This document shows, one piece after another, positions 59,201 to 64,000 of a stretch of DNA of 64,000 nucleotides (position 1 is the stretch's first letter; every line of letters begins with the position of its first letter). The position numbers were made by a program, and so were the translations under genes. This stretch comes from Bilabrum cf. latius. Lineage: Eukaryota. Below the pieces are notes generated by a model, which did not search any database, had not been told where the DNA came from, and saw only the letters and a list, made by a program, of their open reading frames with translations. The DNA lies in contig OZ237755.1 in NCBI GenBank assembly GCA_965178125.1, positions 744,001 to 808,000 of the forward strand, written 5' to 3'.

Positions 59201-62200
59201 CGCATGCTGGAGCAAGGGGTCGCGCTTGATAGCGCGGTTCAGTACCTCGGAGCGATTGAAGACAGGATCGCGGGACTCTGCGGAATTGCCATTGACCAGG
59301 TGCTGCCTCAAGCAGAGCATGCACTCGTCAGAGTAGGCATGGGTGGATCCTTCGGGCTAGCCGAGCTGGAGGACAGCTCGCCTGTGCCCCGCAGGAGGAC
59401 TGAATTGCAGCCCCTCAACTAGTAGCCACCCACCAGCGCTCGGTCGGCCGGACGCCAGCGCTCACACGGCTCAATGCCTGGGACTGGGCGCTCCGCCGGC
59501 AGGGAACCGCGGCCAGGGTCAACGCCGCTGCCTGCCAGCGGAGGTGCCCGCGCACCCATTGCCTCGCTCGGGCACAGCGCCTCGCTGGTGTCCGTGGGCG
59601 CACCCTCTGTGGACGAGGTCGGCGAGAGTTTTGAGGACCTCGCGAGTCACTTGCACGCCCAGAGCGGCTCCATGCGCGGGCTTGTGGAGGGACATCCCCT
59701 TGAGGACGACGACGAGGCCTTGGTGGCGCAGCAGCAGGCCTCCGACAGGCTTGGCGACAGGCTGGTCGCCGCGGCGGAGGCGTCGCTGGGCCGTCTCGAG
59801 ACCAAGGCGGCAGAAAATGCCAAGCAATAGGCAAGTGCCGCCAAGAAACGCCGCGAGAAACAGCAGGGAATGGGCAAGGGAAGCAACGACTACAGTGGTC
59901 TCCGGGCAAGTGATAGCACGAGACAGAAAGACTCCGGCTTGAGTGCGCGAACCAAGGGTCGTCGGCGCCGATCCAGCATCCCAATCATTCCAGATGTGGC
60001 CCCGCTCGCTACCCCGCCCTTGTCTGGCGATCAGCTGACGCACTACTACAACGTCAACCCACCCGCCGCCCCGGGCCAGCGCGCCCGGACGCAGAAAGAA
60101 AAGGACGAGGCTCTACTCCGCAAGCTCAGCAGGGCGGCGGGCGGCTCCCACTCGCCCAGGGATCGGGCTCACAGTGCGGCGCGGCGGGCTCAGCGGCCGC
60201 CAAGCAGAGATAGCCAGGATTCGAGACCAGCGAGCAGCGGCAGTCATGCGGCACTGACTACCTCGCACGTGCGCCGCGAAAGCAAGCTGCGCGTGGCCTC
60301 AAAGAGCAGCATGGACGGGTCTGCTGGCGGGCCCAAGACCACCAGCGCAGCACTCGCAGGAGATGGTGGCTTCTTCCGCGGCCACGAACGCGGTGGGTCT
60401 TCGTCATCCTCCTACCTGCATGACTTCGAGCACGACCTCTCGATATCCGAGGAGCAGAAGGAGCGGCTCAGGAAGGCAGCCCGGGCCAGCGAGCGGCGCA
60501 GCAGTGCCACCCGGGGCAGCATCGCGCCGTTTGCGTTCCGAAGGGCCTCTGTTGACAAAGTCATGGGGGCAGAGGCGGCTGCTGCTGCAGCCGCTGCCGC
60601 GGGCAGCAGGCGGGGCGACTCAGATAGCGACAACGATGACGCGCACGCAGCCAGGGGGCGCCGTGGGCGACGGTCAAGCGCGGTCCTCCACACGGACATC
60701 GTGGACGTGGGTGCCGGCAACAACGGGGAGGAATCGCCGCGGAACATGGACGATGAGGAGCTCGACGAGCTGGGAGACAGCAGGGAGGCGTCTGGCGATG
60801 CGCCTGTGTTGAACCCCCCCGCTCCGCCTCGCAGGCACAGTCCGCTGTCGTTGCTCCGGTCCCCATCCATGCGTGCCCTGGCCACTGGTGGCGGAGTTAC
60901 CCCGCTCAGCTCGCCCGTGCGACGCTCTGCATCGCCAGCGATGAGGATGCAGCAGCTGTCTCCGGGCAGGCGGGACGTCGGGCAGTCCAGCCTTCGGGAT
61001 GGCGGGTCGTCGTCCAGAGATCGAATCGATTCGCACTCTTCGGCCGCGGCAGACAGCGCGGCAAGCGGTCGCATCGGTCTGGACCAGGAGGAGTGGGACA
61101 TGGTGCAGCAAGCCATGGCTGCCGGGTCGATTGAGACGGGGGCGCCACGCAAGACGCTGTCGCCGCTGCAGGCTGACCCGCAGCTGCACCAGCGGGTCAT
61201 GCAAGACAAGCCGCTCTCTCCATCATCAAGGGACAGGGACTTGGACCGCGGGGGCCCGGAGCCCAACCTCGGTGCCCGCCGGTTCGTGCGTGAGCGCAGA
61301 GCAAACAGCCTGGTTGGTCTGCAGAACGCATTGGGGAGGGACTTTGATGACGACGATGATGACGATGACGATGAGCAGCAGTCGCACCACCAACAGCAGC
61401 AGCATCAGGGAAGCTCCCGCCAGCCAAGTCCCCAGCTCGGGCCGATGCGCGACCAGGACGGGCAGGTGCCCAGCACCCCGATGGCAGGAGGGCACTTTGA
61501 CCAGATCGACGGCAGCGACGACGGGCACGTGGACTACCACATGCTGACCTCGACAGGCATACCGAACGCCGGGAGGCTGAGGCACAAGCCTGGAGCTCAG
61601 GCAACGGCCGCGGTGGAGCCAATGGTACGCGGTCCAGGCGCTGAGCGAGGCATAGAAGCTGCTGCGTCTGCGATTGCGGGTAGTGTGGCTGGGAGCCGGC
61701 GCTTCTCGCCCGTGAGCGGCTCGGCCATGACAGTCGTGATTCCTCGGGCCAGGATCGAAGGGGGTCGCGCAGGCGGCATCACGGTTGACACCGGGTCGTA
61801 CCCGACGAAACGCGGCAAAGGCAAGCGAAAGAAGAAGAAAGGCAAGAAGAAGGGCGGCAAAAAGACCAGCAATGCAGTAGGGACGGACCAGGCGGCATCT
61901 GCTGGGGCCAGGGCTTCAGGGACTCGGCGGCAGGAGTTCGTCGGGGAGCTGCACATTGCCGTGCGAGATGAAGGCATGCCCGGCGACGAAGCCACAGGTG
62001 TGCCTGTGACGCACCTACCGGTGGGCCGCGCGCATCGACTGCACCCGTACATGCCAACTGGAAGCAAAGCGCAGCCAGCAGCCATCGCCCTTCACACCCA
62101 CATCGCAAGCAAGTATCCTTAGGATGCGATGTACACACCGGCGGGCGCAGCTGCTGGGGGCATGCATTCGGGTGCCTCGGCCCACGCAGAGAACAATGCG

Positions 62201-62917
62201 CCTCTGGGATACGAAACGTGGGAATCAAGGGGTTCTCGCGCCGCCGCAGCTGCCAAAAAGCACGGTGGGGGTGCCGGCCTCGAGGCTGCTTTCATACCCG
62301 ACGAGGTGGGGGGAGTGGGTGAGCAGCCAAGCATGGCAAGCAGTGCGGACAGCGGTACACCCACAGCCATGGGAGGGGTCGGGCCCGGCGTGGGTGGGAT
62401 CATGGATGGTGCTGCCGCGCTGGAGGGGCGAGGGACGGTGCACGCCGCGAGAGCAGCAGCACGGGCGGCCCAGTCGCAGGGCACTGGCGATGCAGCAGCG
62501 GTGGCTGCCGCAGCCGCCACAGCCGCCATCACAAGCGGCCAGCCGGACACGGCTAGGAGGGAAGGCAGCGCGGGCGGGCCAGGCACCGGCCGGGGGCAGG
62601 CGTCCATGAGCAGCAGCAGGAGCATGGGCAGGGGCAGGGATGCCGATGCACCGCACTCGTCATACACCCAAGACGACACGACGCTGGGCGGGGTGCAGCA
62701 GGGGCAGGAGCAGGACAGGTACGAGAGGCGGGTGGCGGCTGTCGCGCGGCAGAACAGGCCCGTGGCAGTCGCGGCTCTGCGAGAGGAGCTATCGATGCGG
62801 GCTCGGCTGGCTGCCGACCGAAGTGGGACGGGCGGGAGCTCCCGGTCGGGCGTGAGGGGCGCTGGTGGAGCGGTCTTGAGCCCACTAGCTGCAAGGTCTG
62901 CGGCAGGGCTCGGCTAA
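56218..62917 (+). CDS. Coiled-coil protein resembling outer dynein arm docking complex subunits (ODAD1/CCDC114/CCDC63-like) with long disordered tail; predicted intron 56313-56427
   Basis: Segments IKLLEE..MKEEINNLR..ALEQAN..EREQ..F..ELRE and FLAAEDENF..V.EV.EE...LE recall the ODA-DC2 family. Eleven TAGs including tandem TAGTAG at 59420; terminal TAA at 62915. The first exon is inferred from phase-compatible GTGAGA..AAG splicing. Confidence 0.65.
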
Positions 62918-62999
62918 TGGCAGGGTGCATCGCACTGAAATGCGTCGAACCATGGCGTCATCAATATCTTGTTCTCATTCGTTCACCACAGTCTTCGGA

Positions 63000-64000
63000 A
63001 TGTATTTCAATAGTATTTGTTGCTTTGTATGTCTGGTGGCATCGCGGGGTTCGTTTGCCGCTACGTGCAATGCCTCCACTGTGGTCAGACTGCTATCCCA
63101 AGGAAAAGTTCTAAGCTCTGAACTTGTTGAGGCTTCCTCGCAAGCCATGAAAGCTGGGATAAGCACGCAATATGAAAACGCGACCCTTGCGGTCGCGCAG
63201 CAGTTCATGTCGCAGTACATTGAGAGAGATCTGCTGCACGGAAACTCGTCAGGATTCGTAGCTTCTATCCTGGGTTGGGATGTGTACCACGAGAAAGAAA
63301 CGCCCGAAAAGGCATATTCCGATGCGCAGGATCAGCTATGCGTTGAAGCTGCTCAGGTAGTCACGCAGCTGTAGCTTGCCATCGAAGCCATCGAGCAGGT
63401 GGTGAAGCCTGGGGCCCCAAGGCGCCCGGTTGCCCCAAACAGTGCCCCCCTAGCTGTCTCTGCAGGATGGGACGCATCCTCTGGCTTGCTGCGAGCAACT
63501 TCGGCAGCAGATGCGGGCAGAGTTGTGTATCCATCCAGCTACTGCTACGCACTTTGCCCCGTCCCGTTCCCGCCAGCAGATCTGCAAGGGGTGCGATCCA
63601 TCACTGGCGCGCACACAATGTCATACCAGGGCGTGCACTTGAGTGACACCCTGCTTCCTGCAGAGGGGGTGGTCAACACCACCGAAATCGGTGCTCTCGC
63701 AGAGCGAGCGCGGGACGCGCAACAGCGCAACGGGCTGCGCGTCCACATGTTTCTGGACCAAAGAGCCATCCCCAGCTGGGCCGAGGCAGCGTATCCGGGC
63801 ATCACGAACTACACGAACCACGACATTGCGTTTCAGATGGACCATCCTGCAGCTAAGACGCTATGGTAGTCGGTACTGAGCCGCCTGATGCCAGCACTGC
63901 AGCAGGCCCTACGTCCGGGCACGTCGCAGCCCCTAGGTGAAGGTCGAAGCCCAGCTGCTGCTGCTGCCGACGACTACATGCCTCTGAGCTACATGGTGTG
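63000..64000 (+). CDS. Secreted protein, possibly GH42-like glycoside hydrolase (3'-truncated by window)
   Basis: Signal-like MYFNSICCFVCLVASRGSFA (alternative ATG at 62952). TAGs at 63372 and 63867; frame open to the window edge. IPSWAEAAYP..DHPAAK weakly recalls GH42 N-terminal motifs. Confidence 0.5.

Noticed and set aside
34026-61266. Long antisense ORFs such as 34026-35297, 37665-39425, 54477-56141 and 60412-61266
   Set aside because: They are shadows of GC-rich sense genes, rich in Ser/Ala/Pro, with no motifs.
90-64000. Mass pseudogenisation or sequencing error as the source of internal stops
   Set aside because: Random decay would also create TAA, TGA and frameshifts. The interruptions are exclusively TAG and catalytic motifs remain intact.

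Overview
Gene-dense, GC-rich, intron-poor eukaryotic nuclear DNA from a flagellated protist. The style resembles bicosoecid stramenopiles, but the lineage cannot be proven from this window. The main result is that the supplied standard-code ORF track is systematically fragmented because this genome appears to read TAG as a sense codon, Gln, while TGA and TAA still terminate (equivalent to NCBI translation table 15). Reading TAG as Gln merges the fragments into 16 coherent host genes plus one non-LTR retrotransposon ORF, with about 115 in-frame TAGs by manual count and no in-frame TAA/TGA outside a few short GT-AG introns. TAG falls on conserved Gln positions: SNF2 motif VI RxGQ, RT PQG and QxGFR, Nudix QFRP, Sac1 SxQR and PhyH DYDQ. 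Genes: C2H2 zinc-finger protein, R3H protein, Sac1 phosphatase, flavin amine oxidase with an in-frame (Ala-Gly)89 insert, ~2,550-aa FN3/TKL kinase, CLPTM1, NUDT14-like Nudix hydrolase, a membrane protein, GH28, HIS4-type HisIE, a ~2,700-aa unknown protein, a secreted unknown protein, PhyH, ERCC6L2-like SNF2 ATPase, ODA docking-complex-like protein and a truncated secreted protein. The window also holds tRNA-Ser(CGA), a 5'-truncated LINE that itself uses TAG=Gln, and several tandem repeats. All coordinates, counts and family calls come from manual reading and motif recall; no searches were run.
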